Assembly: GCF_964355755.1 (NCBI RefSeq)
Contig: NC_092676.1
Coordinates: 5,991,888-6,055,887 of the forward strand
Length of the DNA: 64,000 bases
DNA from: Antedon mediterranea
Lineage: Eukaryota; Animalia; Echinodermata
Direction: 5' to 3'
A program made the position numbers and the translations under genes. How positions within the stretch are numbered: the stretch's first letter is position 1; every line of letters begins with the position of its first letter. Below the pieces are notes generated by a model. The model searched no databases and was not told the origin of the DNA. It saw only the letters and a list, made by a program, of their open reading frames with translations. Below are positions 1 through 12,700 of this stretch, piece by piece.

Positions 1-700
1 CGTCTACGTAAATGTAATCGCCGTTTTCCTGAAAATCTTCCGGACTGGATTCATGTTTAGTTGCGTTATTTAGTTCACACATTTTGTGAACATGATCATA
101 ATTAAACGATTTGCATTCTGTTTTAACACAGAAACGAAAACATTCCATTCGGGATCTGACGGACAGTGTTTCGTAAACGTTACCAACCAATATTTTGTTT
201 GATTCCATCTTCATATTACTCCAATTGACGTAATCATATTGCGCGTGGATGGGACGATACACAACTACAAACCCGACGAGCCAAAAGAAAGTTACGAATT
301 TTGAAATCATTTTGACGAAACGATGATGTCGTTACATATGAAGTTGTTATCTTTACTGTCTGTTACCAATAATCGTCAGTTTTTAATTTCGTAACAAATT
401 AATTAATTTTCTATTTCGCTGAATTACTTTACACCCACTACCAGCCTGGGGATTATTGGAAACAATGTTAGTAAAAACTATGTAAATATAGGTTACAACA
501 AAAGAAACAAAACACTATTCGAGAGTGTACACAACGTAAAAGAATAATTATCAAAATAATCGAAGTCTGTAAATATTATATATTTATTACTTTGGTAACT
601 GTTGACATGGCAGTATAAATACAGTAGTTCTGTAAACTGATACAATTCGAATTGTAAGTCTTTGCGTAGGCTATGCATGTTTACGAGATGCCGATGTTAA

Positions 701-1381
701 AGATGTATTGTCCCTTGAAACACACAAAAAATGAAGGTCAAAATATACTAAATTTTAATTGGCCATATCAAAGTAATATTAAAGTTATTCACTTTAAGTC
801 GAAAATTCGAGACAAAAACAACAATTTTACGTAATTAATAGCTAAATTAATTTGAAATTACATTTCGTCTGGAAATGAAAAGTAAACAAAGATTTTAAAC
901 CATGAGTATACATTATGCATGATGCTAATTAGGATTGTTTACAACTTGTCACTGTTGAGAGGGTGCACTGTTTTCACACAGATCGCGAGGAAGTGTTATG
1001 ATTATGCATACAGAGTAGCCAAATATGCGCATTGCACTATGAAATATGTTTTGATCGAAAGCTTTGACTAGAAGTCAAAGTTATTTTTTTAACCAAAAAA
1101 CGTCTGTATTTCAGTTAAATAAATTTTTTTTCGACTATTTTTTGGTGAAAGTTTTTTTTTTTTATCTTATGTGGGTTCATCCCACTTTTATTTCCATACA
1201 ACTGTTCTCTTTACATATATTTTTCACTATACACTATACATATCATTATATTTACAATTACAAAAAAAAGTTGGAAAAAGATGAAAGTTAATAACTATTA
1301 TAATACTTCAAAATGACCCACTTTTTTTCGAAATCTTTTTATTTTTATTTTTTTGGAATTTGACAAAGGGACAATACATCT
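701..1381. mobile_element. Non-autonomous DNA transposon, Kolobok-like (TTAA TSD)
   Basis: TTAA at 697-700 and 1382-1385; TIR AGATGTATTGTCCCTT / AAGGGACAATACATCT; related copies in reverse orientation at 18708-19246 and 47961-48482. Termini AG..CT with a TTAA TSD fit Kolobok rather than piggyBac (CC..GG). Confidence 0.8.
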
Positions 1382-1389
1382 TTAACGAA

Positions 1390-2515
1390 TCGATGTGGAC
1401 AAACCAGATCCATTGCGGATGCCGAGGTACATTTACGTTGTTAACCAGTCAATGTGAATAAACCAGATCCACTGCGGATGCAGAGGTACATTTACGTTGT
1501 TATCCAGTCGATGTGGATAAACCAGATCCACTGCGGATGCCGAGGTACATTTACGTTGTTATCCAGTCGATGTGGATAAACCAGATCCACTGCGGATGCC
1601 GAGGTACATTTACGTTGTTATCCAGTCGATGTAGATAACCAGATCCACTGCGGATGCCGAGGTATATTTACGTTGTTATCCAGTCGATGTGGATAAACCA
1701 GATCCACTGCGGATGCCGAGGTACATTTACGTTGTTATCCAGTCAATGTGAATAAACCAGATCCACTGCGGGTGCCGAGGTATATTTACGTTGTTAACCT
1801 GTCGATAGGGATAAATCAGATCCACTGCAGACGCCGAGGTACATTTACGTTGTTAAACCGTCGATGCGGATTTAAACCAGATTCACTGCGGATGCCGAGG
1901 TACATTTACGTTGTTAACCGTTCCATAGGGATAAACCAGATCCACAGCGGATGCCGATGTACATTTACGTTGTTAACCAGTCGATGTGGATAAACCAGAT
2001 CCACTGCGGATGCCGAGGTACATTTACGTTGTTAAACAGTCGATGTGGATTTAAACCAGATTCACTGCAGACGCCGAGGTACATTTACGTTGTTAAACAG
2101 TCGATGTGGATTTATACCAGATCCACTGCGGATGCCGAGGTACATTTACGTTGTTAAACAGTCGATGTGGATTTAAACCAGATCCACGCGGATTCCGAGG
2201 TACATTTACGTTGTTAACCAGTCGATGTGGATTTAAACCAGATTCACTGCGGATGCCGAGGTACATTTACGTTGTTAACCGTTCCATAGGGATAAACCAG
2301 ATCCACAGCGGATGCCGATGTACATTTACGTTGTTAACCAGTCGATGTGGATAAACCAGATCCACTGCGGGTGCCGAGGTATATTTACGTTGTTAACCAT
2401 AAATTGGGTAAACAAGATTCACTGCGGATGCCGAGGTACATTTACGTTATCAACCAGTCAATGCGGTTACCGGTAAATCAAATCCGCTGCGGATGCTGTG
2501 GTGCATTTACATTAA
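1390..2515. repeat. Minisatellite, 59-60 bp unit, about 19 copies
   Basis: Unit ATAAACCAGATCCACTGCGGATGCCGAGGTACATTTACGTTGTTA(A/T)CCAGTCGATGTGG repeated head to tail; it explains the ORFs at 1748-2532. Confidence 0.95.
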
Positions 2516-2663
2516 TCTACCCCTATTATTAGGGGACACATTTTTTACCCTCAAATGGTTCTATTTTTTTAATCCATTCGCTGCATCAACACTAAACATT
2601 AGAGAATGTTATATAAACATGCATAAACACACACAATGGTCATGTGCCCACTAATCAATGTTA

Positions 2664-2842
2664 AGCGTGGTTCCCACTAGCGACGCAACGCAAGGACGTA
2701 ACGCAACGCAAGTGAATTGACCAATCACAAGCGATGGCTTATTCGCTTGTGATTGCTAACTGTCTATAACTTCGCTTGTCATTGGTTAAAACGCTTGCGT
2801 TGCGTTTACATTCTTGCGTTACGTTCTAGTGGGAACCAAGCT
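2664..2842. mobile_element. MITE, PIF/Harbinger-like (GGTTCCCACTAG family)
   Basis: TIR AGC(G/T)TGGTTCCCACTAG, internal ACGCA repeats, flanked by TTA/TAA; inverted copy at 4438-4623; degenerate copies near 6150-6437, 10490-10640 and 43638-43757. Confidence 0.8.
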
Positions 2843-3211
2843 TAAAGCTTATTCGAAAAGTCGCGTGTAATTGGTCTTCGTCGTCCTTGTCAGGTTTATT
2901 GCTGGGAACAAAGCTTAAGCAGTAGCACTTAAAGCAAAGTGCAACTAAGTACGTCACTGTATTGTTGTGATTCAATATTTCAACTCAATTTCAACCAGTC
3001 TTTCATTGTTCTTTATTGTGTACAATGTCCTTAATTCGTGCGGAACGCATACCACACCTACACCCAGTACTAAAACACTATTGCATTCTAGCATAACGTC
3101 TCTATCATTATTATAATAGTTCTAGTCGCTTGATAATCCCTTCGGGTTGATAGGCATAGGCTCACCAGTTGGGATTCTAGCGTAGCCATATTAACAACAA
3201 TTTCTTACAAA

Positions 3212-6200
3212 ATGAAAGAAGTGAAGGCACTCGTTACTATTTGCCTGATGATTATGGTTTTAATGTTGTTTTATTTGAATTCAAACACGGTGGTAAGTTT
3301 CATTCAATGATTTTATTTATATATATATTTTTTTTCTATTTAAAAAAAAATTAAAGATATATTGTCCCCCAAAAGTAATGAAAAATAAAGATGGATCTCC
3401 ACAAAGATTTATAAAATTAGACTTTTAATGGATCATTTACAGTTTCTATTAAGTTACACACTTGAAATAAAATGATTTCACGTATAAAAAGACAAAATAA
3501 TCAGTTCAATTTAACCAAAAACTGTCTGACAATTTGACTGTTTTTCATTAGATTAGGCCTACAGTTTTTTCAGGTAAATAATTTTTTTTAGCGATCCAAT
3601 CTTTGGTCAAAGTGAATAACTATTATGGGACATTAAAATGGCATATTCAACAACAAAAATTACAACAAAAAAAAATTAATGGGGGACAATATATCTAAGT
3701 AGGGCCTAATTGTAATACATACATTACATAGGTATTTAGGTGAAAACGGAAAGTCTGTGATCAATGGAGAGCCCTAACACACAAGTAATGGAATATTAAG
3801 TCGAGCCTTATGCTTTTATGTAAAAGTGGTGAATGAAAACGGTGCTATCGCGTAGGCCTACTTGTAGACTTGCTCTAAGTCTGTATTTATTGTCTTTTTT
3901 TATGTCATTCCACACGTCGTCGTTTTGATTTTTGTCTGAGTATCCAAACTCAAGTAATACACGTATGAAACGCCATAAGTGCAAAAATATTTATATTTTT
4001 ACTAATATTAAGACAACACTCCGTCTGGAGCCAAGACTAGCCTACTTGATAAACGCATATAGCATGTATAAATGTTTAAAAACAATGTTAATACGAGTAA
4101 TGTACACACATTGTAATAAGAAAATATTGTTAATTAACTTTTTTTAAATTAAAAAGCTATTTATATGGATAAAACGAAATAGATACATACTGTAAATAAA
4201 ATAATGTTACGGTCCAGTGAACACATCTAGCTCGTGTGCACTTTAAAGAACCTAGTACATCGTTCGAGACGAGTAGGGGGTTACCCCGGTGTACTAGTAC
4301 ATCACAGCCACCGATCACCAACTGGGCCCTCTGGGAGACCAGTCTGTGACTGAAGAGGTTACCCGGTATAAATATATATTTCAATCAATCAATGAAAAGG
4401 AGAACACAACTAGCATGTATGAATGATTAAAGACGTAAAGCTTGGTTCCCACTAGAACGCAACGCAAGGACGTAAACGCAACGCAAGCGTTTTAACCAAT
4501 GACAAGCGAAGTTATAGACAGTTTAGCAATCACAAGCGAATAAGCCATCGCTTGTGATTGGTCAATTCACTTGCGTTGCGTTACGTCCTTGCGTTGCGTC
4601 GCTAGTGGCCCGGGAACCACGCTTAACAAACTCAATGTTAATTTTAAGGTTAATTAACTATTACAAAATAAAAGCTAAACTGTGTTTGTAGGCCTATATA
4701 AACATTTAAACACAATGTTAATAGATACATTTAAATATATGTAAAGAGTTGTACTACATGACATATTAAGAAAAACATACTGTGTAAATTAAAGTGGGAC
4801 GAACCCAAGACAAAGACAAATACCGTTCCTGCTCTCAGTCATTCATCCAAACAAAATGTCGCGACAAGTTCACTAAAAATGTCTTCAATACGTATCTGCC
4901 GAATCGGTTTGTAAGTGAACGAATGGACTGGTATGTGAAACTGACTGTATTATTAAGTTTATCCTATTCTTTATCACTGTGCTCAAGTAGTATACCAAAT
5001 ACGATCCCGTTTAACACTGTTCTCAACTATAGTCATTTTGGTATACTTGAGCACAGTGATAAAGAATAGGATAAACTTAACAATATACAACAAATAGCAT
5101 TAATGTACGACTCCAGTTTAACACTGTTCTCAACTATAGTCATTTTGGTATACTTGAAAATGAATATATTTTTCAAATTTTATTATTAATTATATTTCCT
5201 TATTAATTACATTATTATTATTACAAATTATTGGCCTATTTCCTAAAATTACTTATTGTTGAATAAATACATTGTATTTTCAGAAAGTTGCAGACAGTAA
5301 AAACAGGTTCGACGCGAGAAACTATTATTTTGCAACTAGTCTTAATAATGATAGTAGTGAGTCTACATATAGAATTCATATACCAACGTATGATTCCTTA
5401 GCCAATCAGATTCCCATTGAAATCCCACAATTCAACAGCAATGGAGTAGGTTCAATGGGATATACCGACTCTAGTAAAAGTACCTTCCATTTAAAAGACG
5501 ATAAGGATATCCACGTCGGTGATTTGTTTAGTATTATCATCGAATCACGTGACAAAAACGGACGACATCGTGTTCTTGGCGGCGACTTTTGGTACGCGAC
5601 GATCAAAATCGGATACTGCTCCACGGCGGGAAAGATTTTAGACTTTAAAAATGGTACATACGAAGTGGTTTTCTTTGCTGCTTGTCCGGGTAGAGTAGAT
5701 GTAAGTATCATATTGGTCCATACCGTAGAGTCGGTCCACTTCTATAAAAACACGATCTGGCCTATGGAGGATCGAAAACTATGGAACGCTACATATAAAT
5801 TAGGAGATAAAGAAGAATATGGAATATGTCGGATGCATAACATCGGAGTGTGGGAGAACCAATGCGAGTATCCTCATCCGACAGCGTTGGGTGGTACTCT
5901 GATGCTGTGTGATGCGCCACCAACTCTACCATGCTCATCTTTACTTGGTATACGGTCAAAAGGTGATGAAAAAGAATTATTGGCCAAGGAATACACATCA
6001 CTATTGAAACGCTACAAAGATCTGTTCAAAGTGTAAGTTTAATTAAATTGTATTAATCAGATCTTTATTTGAAGTAAGATGCGTTTCAAACCATACTCAT
6101 TATTGATTCAGGCTTCATCTTCTAAAGCCAGCGAGTCGCCCAATGACAAGCCACTGTTCAATCCATCGCTTGTGATTGGGCAAATAATTTGCGTTACGTC

Positions 6201-7613
6201 CTTGCGTTGCGTCGCTATTCATTTATTCATTCAGGCTTATCGCCTGACTTTATTTACTTTAGGCCTTTGGCCCCTAGTAATTAACAAAACAATAATTACA
6301 TTGAAAAATAAAGCAATTTATGGTCACAAGATAAATGAATTAATTAATTTCGTTCTCTAAGCAAAACATATATCTTAACTTATAAGCATGATAAATATAT
6401 TTAGATAGATTATCAATAATTATTGGGAACCAAGCTTATCCTTAACTTAACTATCTAACTTAATTATTTCATTGCATTTAGGAAGATAAATTTTGGAGAG
6501 TTAAACAACGGAACTAAAAGGTTTACTATCCTTCAATCAGGTATGTGACGTATATAATTATTATTACCGTTCTTTATTGTAAAATAATGCCCTATGGCAA
6601 ATTATTAATATCTTATCTAGTCTTCGATTAATATTTAAAAAATGTATTTTATTGTAATTAATAATATTTGTTTCGGGTAGGGCTATTATGTACAATACAA
6701 ATATTGTATTCCTTTTCATACAACCAACGCTGACGTAATACAAAATGACGTCACACTTCCCACATAAGTTATTGTAATAAACCTTTCACAATTGTGTTGT
6801 TCTTTTTTTTCAGATGACGAATTGTTAAATGAGCAAAACTCGTTAATGTCTTCGATAGAAAGACCCGAGTGTGTTCCGGATATTCCCGAACCTATTAGCG
6901 ATGGCTTCTGGTACAGAAATCGCTGGAATTCGTTCGCTTGCCGAAGCAAACTTTGGTCGAGGACGCAGATACGACGCTGCACTAAGAATAAGAGGCTAAT
7001 CTTTTTAGGAGATTCCACAACAAAACAGTGGTGTGAAAAATTATTAACGCATTTACACATTGACGTACCAGCGGAACAATTAAAGCGTAGTTATAATATT
7101 GTTACGGAATTTTTAAATATGACTTTTCAATTTCATCCATTTAATCTTGGCAACGGTATGGAAGACGTCGATAAAGGCATGTTTGAAGTAGACTTTTTAC
7201 AGGCGTTATCAACAGATACTTGCAATTATGCAATATTAATAAGCCCGTGGGCTCACTACGAGGTCTGGACAAAGGAGGCTTACGAAACTCGTTTGGAACA
7301 TGTAAGAGATGCCGTTGTTCAGTTCCGTAAGAAATGCCCGGATACAAAGTTTATCGTGAAGGGCTCTCATCCGAGACGGCACTCGCCGAAATCGCTACAG
7401 TTCGATATCGCGAAGCTGACAAGTGACGTTTTGTTGTACGAGTTTCGCCGCCTGATGCACGATACGTTTCACGGAATGGGCGTTCACTTTATTGATATCT
7501 GGGACATGAACTTAGCCTATGACTACCCGAATACTATCCACATGCCGCTTGAGGTAGCGATTCAAGAACTGTTTATGTATTTCTCACACATTTGCCCAGA
7601 TGATCAGCAATAA
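3212..7613 (+). CDS. NXPE-family protein (neurexophilin/PC-esterase domain; putative sialic acid O-acetyltransferase), about 562 aa, 4 exons
   Basis: Exons 3212-3292 (MKEVKALVTICLMIMVLMLFYLNSNTV, signal anchor), 5284-6032, 6482-6540 and 6814-7613 join in frame with GT-AG introns. NXPE motifs: VGD...GGDFW...G.I.D..NGTY.V.F, FLGDST..QW, and C-terminal D.WDM..AY..NTIH.P...Q....F..IC. Confidence 0.9.
3355..3696. mobile_element. Short Kolobok-like MITE, second subfamily
   Basis: TTAA|AGATATATTGTCCCCC ... GGGGGACAATATATCT; related copies at 48904-49241, about 42480-42766 and about 31655-31910. Confidence 0.65.
4212..4372 (+). mobile_element. 5'-truncated SINE with Deu/Nin-like core
   Basis: GCACTTTAAAGAACCTAGTACA..CGAGACGAGTAGGGGGTTACCCCGGT shared with the copies at 19691 and 59366. 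Confidence 0.65.
4438..4623. mobile_element. MITE, PIF/Harbinger-like; inverted copy of 2664-2842
   Basis: TAA|AGCTTGGTTCCCACTAG ... GGGAACCACGCT|TAA. Confidence 0.8.
6217..6415 (-). mobile_element. About 200 bp interspersed repeat with hairpin and (TGAA)n tail, LINE2/SINE 3'-end-like
   Basis: Near-identical copy at about 60040-60237; the minus strand ends TCAGGCGATAAGCCTGA followed by ATGAA repeats. Confidence 0.6.
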
Positions 7614-7650
7614 AGCATTGTATAGGCTACAACAGAACTCCTCATTCATC

Positions 7651-7859
7651 CTAGAACTATAGAATAACCATCTATGCTGCCTTTGATGAAAATGATATTT
7701 TCACACGTCCAATCAAATGACGTCATGATTGGTAAGAGTAATAATATCGTGTCAATACAACGATTTTATTGTTTTTATTGATCATGAGGTCATTTGATTG
7801 GATTTTAAAAAAACTCATTTTTATCAAAGACAGCATAAATGATTATCCTATAGTTCTAG
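7651..7859. repeat. Foldback/palindromic MITE just after the NXPE stop codon
   Basis: Imperfect arms of about 75 bp: CTAGAACTATAG..CTTTGATGAAAATGA..TCCAATCAAATGACGTCATGAT versus ATCATGAGGTCATTTGATTGGA..TCATTTTTATCAAAG..CTATAGTTCTAG. Confidence 0.75.
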
Positions 7860-7876
7860 AACAAAAACTTTTCTAA

Positions 7877-9749
7877 TTAGTTATCCGCACTCAGCGGATA
7901 ACTCCTTGTAACTGTCCTGTTTCATCATCTTTTTTTTTTTTTCTGTATTATTCTTCTTTCTTTCTGTCATTTTTGTGCAGAGCGTATCTCTAAAACGTGT
8001 AAAGTTAACATTTTATAACTTTGTCAACATATGGGCAATCACGTGAAGTTGTGCTTTCCTATTTTTGAATGAAGTCAGAGTTGCGCAACATGACTTACGC
8101 GCGTTTTTATGAATTTCGCGTATTTAACATAGATCGAAAACCATATAACAATTTAAATTGAAACTTGGCAAAAGTCTAATTTATATCGTGCGCTAACGTT
8201 TTGTGAACTAAAAATGGCATGTTTTACACGAAGTTACGCGCGCACGCGCGTTTAAAATTTTCATAATGCGAAAAATCAATTTCTAATCAACTTTCTACGC
8301 GTTAAAGTTAACATTTTATAACTTTGTCAACATATGGGCAATCACGTGAAGTTGTGCTTTCCTACTTTTGAATGACATCAGAGTTGCGCAACATGACTTA
8401 CGCGAGTTGTTATGAATTTCGCGTATTTAACATAGATCGAAAACCATATAACAATTTAAATTGAAACTTAGCAAAAGTCTAATTTATATCGTGCGCTAAC
8501 GTTTTGTGCACTAAAAATGGCATGTTTTACACGAAGTTAACATTTTATTATGCGAAAAATCAATTTCTAATCAACTTTCTACGCGTTTCATGTCATTTTG
8601 AGCATGTCAAAAATTCCCACACGTGCGCAAATTTTTACGCGCGCGGTGCACACGTAGCATTAAAAACGTCATTTTTTCGAGTGATTTATGTTTTTCCAGC
8701 CTTTTCTAGTAATTTTACCAACTTTTAAACAATTTCGACTTCAAATTACGTCATACGAGCACGTAGAATATGATAATTTGCACGCTTCTTTGATGAAAAA
8801 CTTCAAAAATTCGTCAAAATTAAGCCTTTTTTTAAACAATCGTAGTTTCTAAACTAAACGGTAAAAATTATTTTTATTACATATTCTGGAAGTTGATGAG
8901 TTGCAGATCATGCATTAATATGGCTAACCGGACATTGTGACGTCATCGTATGGCCACGCGAATATGAAATTTAGGATTTTTGTATCTTTCGTCATAACTC
9001 CTCACATTTAATAGAGCGCATCTCCACTTATCCGTTTTCCATTTTCATCCCGATTTTGATATTGTCTAGGTCAATCAACTATCTTTAGCACGAGTTAAAA
9101 AATTTTAATTTTTATGACGTCATCATGCCTAAAAATTTAAATTACGTGTGGCATTAATTTCATCTTTACAGTAAATTTCAATCTGTTATAGCTCGTAAGA
9201 ATAAAATGTGATAATCACGATTAAAACGTTTTCTGGAAGCTATTGGATTGTAGATACGAAATCATGTGATAATGTTGCCAATCGGTTGTTGTGACGTCAT
9301 CATATGGCCAGTTAAATAAAAAAGTAGTATTTTCATCTTTTGCGTCATCAATGCATTACATTTAAAAGAGCGCGCATCAATATTTTACGTATTCAAATTT
9401 CTTCTACACGTTAATATGTTGTTGCTGAGATAATTTCCTTCCGACATTGCTACCTGCGCGTTTCATTTTAAAACCGTCAACATGTTAAAAATTGCAATAA
9501 ATAGCGGGTTCCGTAATTTCAGCTATTCTACACTGTATGTGATATGGATACAGATTATACTGTGTATACTATATTATATGAATCAAAATAATAGAAATTC
9601 AGCAATAACAACATATCATATTCTTCAGTTCAGGTCATAATGCCATAATCTTTTTCTGTGTGCAATATTCCAACATATGACGTGCACGTGGCGTTTGTGA
9701 CGTCGTGCGGATTACTAACTCGTCAAAGTGACGAGTTACATGTCTAGTT
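7877..9749 (+). mobile_element. Helentron/HINE (DINE-1-like) non-autonomous rolling-circle element
   Basis: 5' subTIR TTAGTTATCCGCAC within the hairpin AGTTATCCGC-ACTCA-GCGGATAACT; TTC-rich tract; 3' subTIR GTGCGGATTACTAA (9705-9718), then stem-loop TAACTCGTCA-AAG-TGACGAGTTA and CTAGTT; internal tandem duplication of about 303 bp (8001 and 8304). Confidence 0.75.
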
Positions 9750-12700
9750 TCTTTTGTTTTATGCAAGAAAAATGTATGTTTATCTTCTATTTATCGTCGA
9801 TCGTTATCGTTCTAGTGTAAATGTGTCTTTTTTATGTAGTTGTCCACCAGTCGGCGTTTCGATTTTGTCATATAAAACGCCATGTGTGCCATAATATTTA
9901 TCTTTTCTACCAAGATTAAAAGTCGAATCGCGCAATAAAAGTGAGTTGACGAATCACAACAAACAGTTCGAATCACCCACCGCGTCATGATTGGTCAAAT
10001 TAATTACAAAAAACGCATAGAAATAAACTGTACACTGTCAATGATAATTTATAATTCGCATATTTAATGACACTATTTCATAACTAAATTAGTCCTGAAA
10101 TTTACTTGACTATATACTACTAAAAACCTGAAGAATAATTTTGATTCTATTCAAAATCATTACAACTTTTCGTCTCCGGGACGAGCCCCCTTTTACGACA
10201 TTCGTTTTCGTAAACTTTACCCCGTTATTAAGTATCTGAAGAAAGAGAATTGTATTTACGACGAACAGTTAAACTAATTCCATTGTAGACAATGTTTTTT
10301 ACATTAATAGAATTAGTTCTATTTTCATAGCATGAATAAAATAAATTATATGGCATGAGAAACGTGACGTATTTTTTACTTGAGTGTCTAATTAAAACTC
10401 TATACATGCTGATAATAATAAAGTAGTCTCTACATAATGGGAAACGCCTATTCTGAGGTCACCCAAAAAAAGACGCTTTGTTTGTTTTCACTTGGACTCA
10501 ACTCAAGGACGTGTAGGCGCAACGCAAGTGAATTGGCCAATCACAACCGATAGTTTGGATGATCCATCGCGTCGTGATTGGTCAAAATATTTGCGTCGCG
10601 CTTACGTCCTTGTTTTGCCTCCAAATAAGAACCAAGCTTTTGTTAATATGGGTTCTACTGTATTCTGTATTTTACAATCATAATTGATATTTATTCAAGA
10701 ACTGTTCCCTTATTAAAAAGTATAAATGCATAAACAATATTAGATTAAGAGAAAAATAATGAACATAATTTGTAAGCAGACCAAATGACATACCATTAGT
10801 CGGTGTTTTCAAATAGTAATGTTTTTATATATTAATACAGGTTAAGTTGACTCCTATCTATACAAACGTTAAATTTTTTTTTTTTAGAATTGACATCGCT
10901 TAGTTATCACAAAATAGTGAATGAAAATTTGATTCATACTTAAGTATAATGAAATCCTATGATCTGAATTATTATTATTAATATGTGCTTATTTAAATTA
11001 AATACTATCTTTTTATGATTACTACCACATATACCTGACTATTTATACATTGTGTATAACTCGATAGCATCACAGATAAAGATAGCAATACGTTATTTGT
11101 ATTTAACAGGTCTGCATCAATATGTACAACCAGGAATACTGTACTTTACATTCGTCTTTCAAAGGTCAAAGTCTAAATGCATAAATAGGATGCGAACACG
11201 CGCGCGTATCCACGCGCACTAAAGTCGTTAGTGATATTAAAATGAATATATTAACAGCGTATACAACTATAAATAAACATTATTGAACGTAGGTTGTACG
11301 TCCGTCCTTATTGGTCGCTCAAAGTTTTTACTAGAATTATTAAACAATGGTCCCATAAATTAAAAAAACTTCAGTGTATGATAGTCGGGGTTTTCCCATC
11401 AAAATTAACACAACAAAATACTGATATTATACAAATAATGAATTTTAAACGATCGTTTAATAGTGCGTACTATTGCACGCCATGTGACCCACAATCGTCC
11501 AATCAAATGACAGGAATTTATTTAGGTGTTATATAAAGCCTTATAATACTCTACTAATCGTCAGTATAGTTTAACATTGCTTCATTCACATTATCCTTAT
11601 GCGGCCCTAAAATACTAATACCGTCCACAATTTGATTGGCAGGTTAAGGCTGGTAGTAATATGTTTTAAAAACCATTCAGTGAGACAGATATGCGAAATA
11701 TGTACCCTATTGAAATAGTACATAATAAAAAATAAATATTAGAGTTCAATCTAGCATTCATAAAAGTTAAATTTTGAGTTTGCTAAATCGAGCATGAAGT
11801 TTTGTTTAACATAAAAGTAATAGCAACTTCGATACAACAAGAGAAATACGGTTTGATTTCACAAAGAATGATTACAATATATTTTTTGTTTTTATTTCCA
11901 GTTACCATACAATATGGGTTTTTACAGTATGCTGCCTTATTGTATTTAATTATAATGGTTGATATGTCGTGGTAAAAACACAGAATTTCCTAAATTAAAA
12001 CGTTTGCTCCAATCACATTGTTTTAATCAGAGATAAATGTTATAATGTATAATTTCTCTGATACTAGGATAACCCCTCCTTTGAAGACGACGACGCCCCT
12101 AATACGGATACATTTCCCCGTAAAACGAACGAGGGGAAATATTGTTTTAACACTACGGGGGACACCCCTATTATGGAGGGGGACACCGTTATTAGGCAAG
12201 GGGGGCAACATGAAGGAGACACTGTGTTGGGTCTTGAAGGCGCCCCCTGGTGTGGTTTCTATGTATTTTAGACGTCTCTTTGGAACTACTGAACCATACA
12301 TTTGTTCACTTTTCGTCTTGCGCGATATGTTTACGTATTTGTGACGTCACATAAAATTACTGATCCGTGACTAATATTTTATTCAAATAATTATTGCAAT
12401 GTCATGGCATCCCGCAGTAAATCAATATCAGGTATGAAATGATACTAAATAAATATAATTTGTACATGATTAAATTATTCAATTGAAAAAAAATAAAATA
12501 ATCGATCAATGATCAAAAGAGCATTCTGGATATAAGTGTGTTGAGAGAATTTTTTTTTTTTAGATTCAGTTTAGACATTTTTAAATGTATATAACAGCTG
12601 TTGATTTCTCAGCATTATTGTACGTGTTTATTTCAATCCAATAATACGTATAAGACAGTCAATAATTTGTGTATGTTTTTCTTAATATTAAGGGCCCGTT

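Noticed and set aside
1390-2515. CRISPR-like regular array and its ORFs
   Set aside because: The units are contiguous with no unique spacers, there are no cas genes, and the context is eukaryotic; the ORFs are repeat translations.
4340-4372. CTGAAGAG hammerhead-like core in the SINE tail (also near 19948)
   Set aside because: No stem II followed by GAAA and no cleavage-site helix could be built.
5406-7347. Minus-strand ORFs overlapping NXPE
   Set aside because: Antisense shadows of coding exons with no independent protein features.
12023-12344. Overlapping 92 and 99 aa ORFs
   Set aside because: They lie in a GGGGACACC-rich MITE-like relic with no recognisable domain or splice context.
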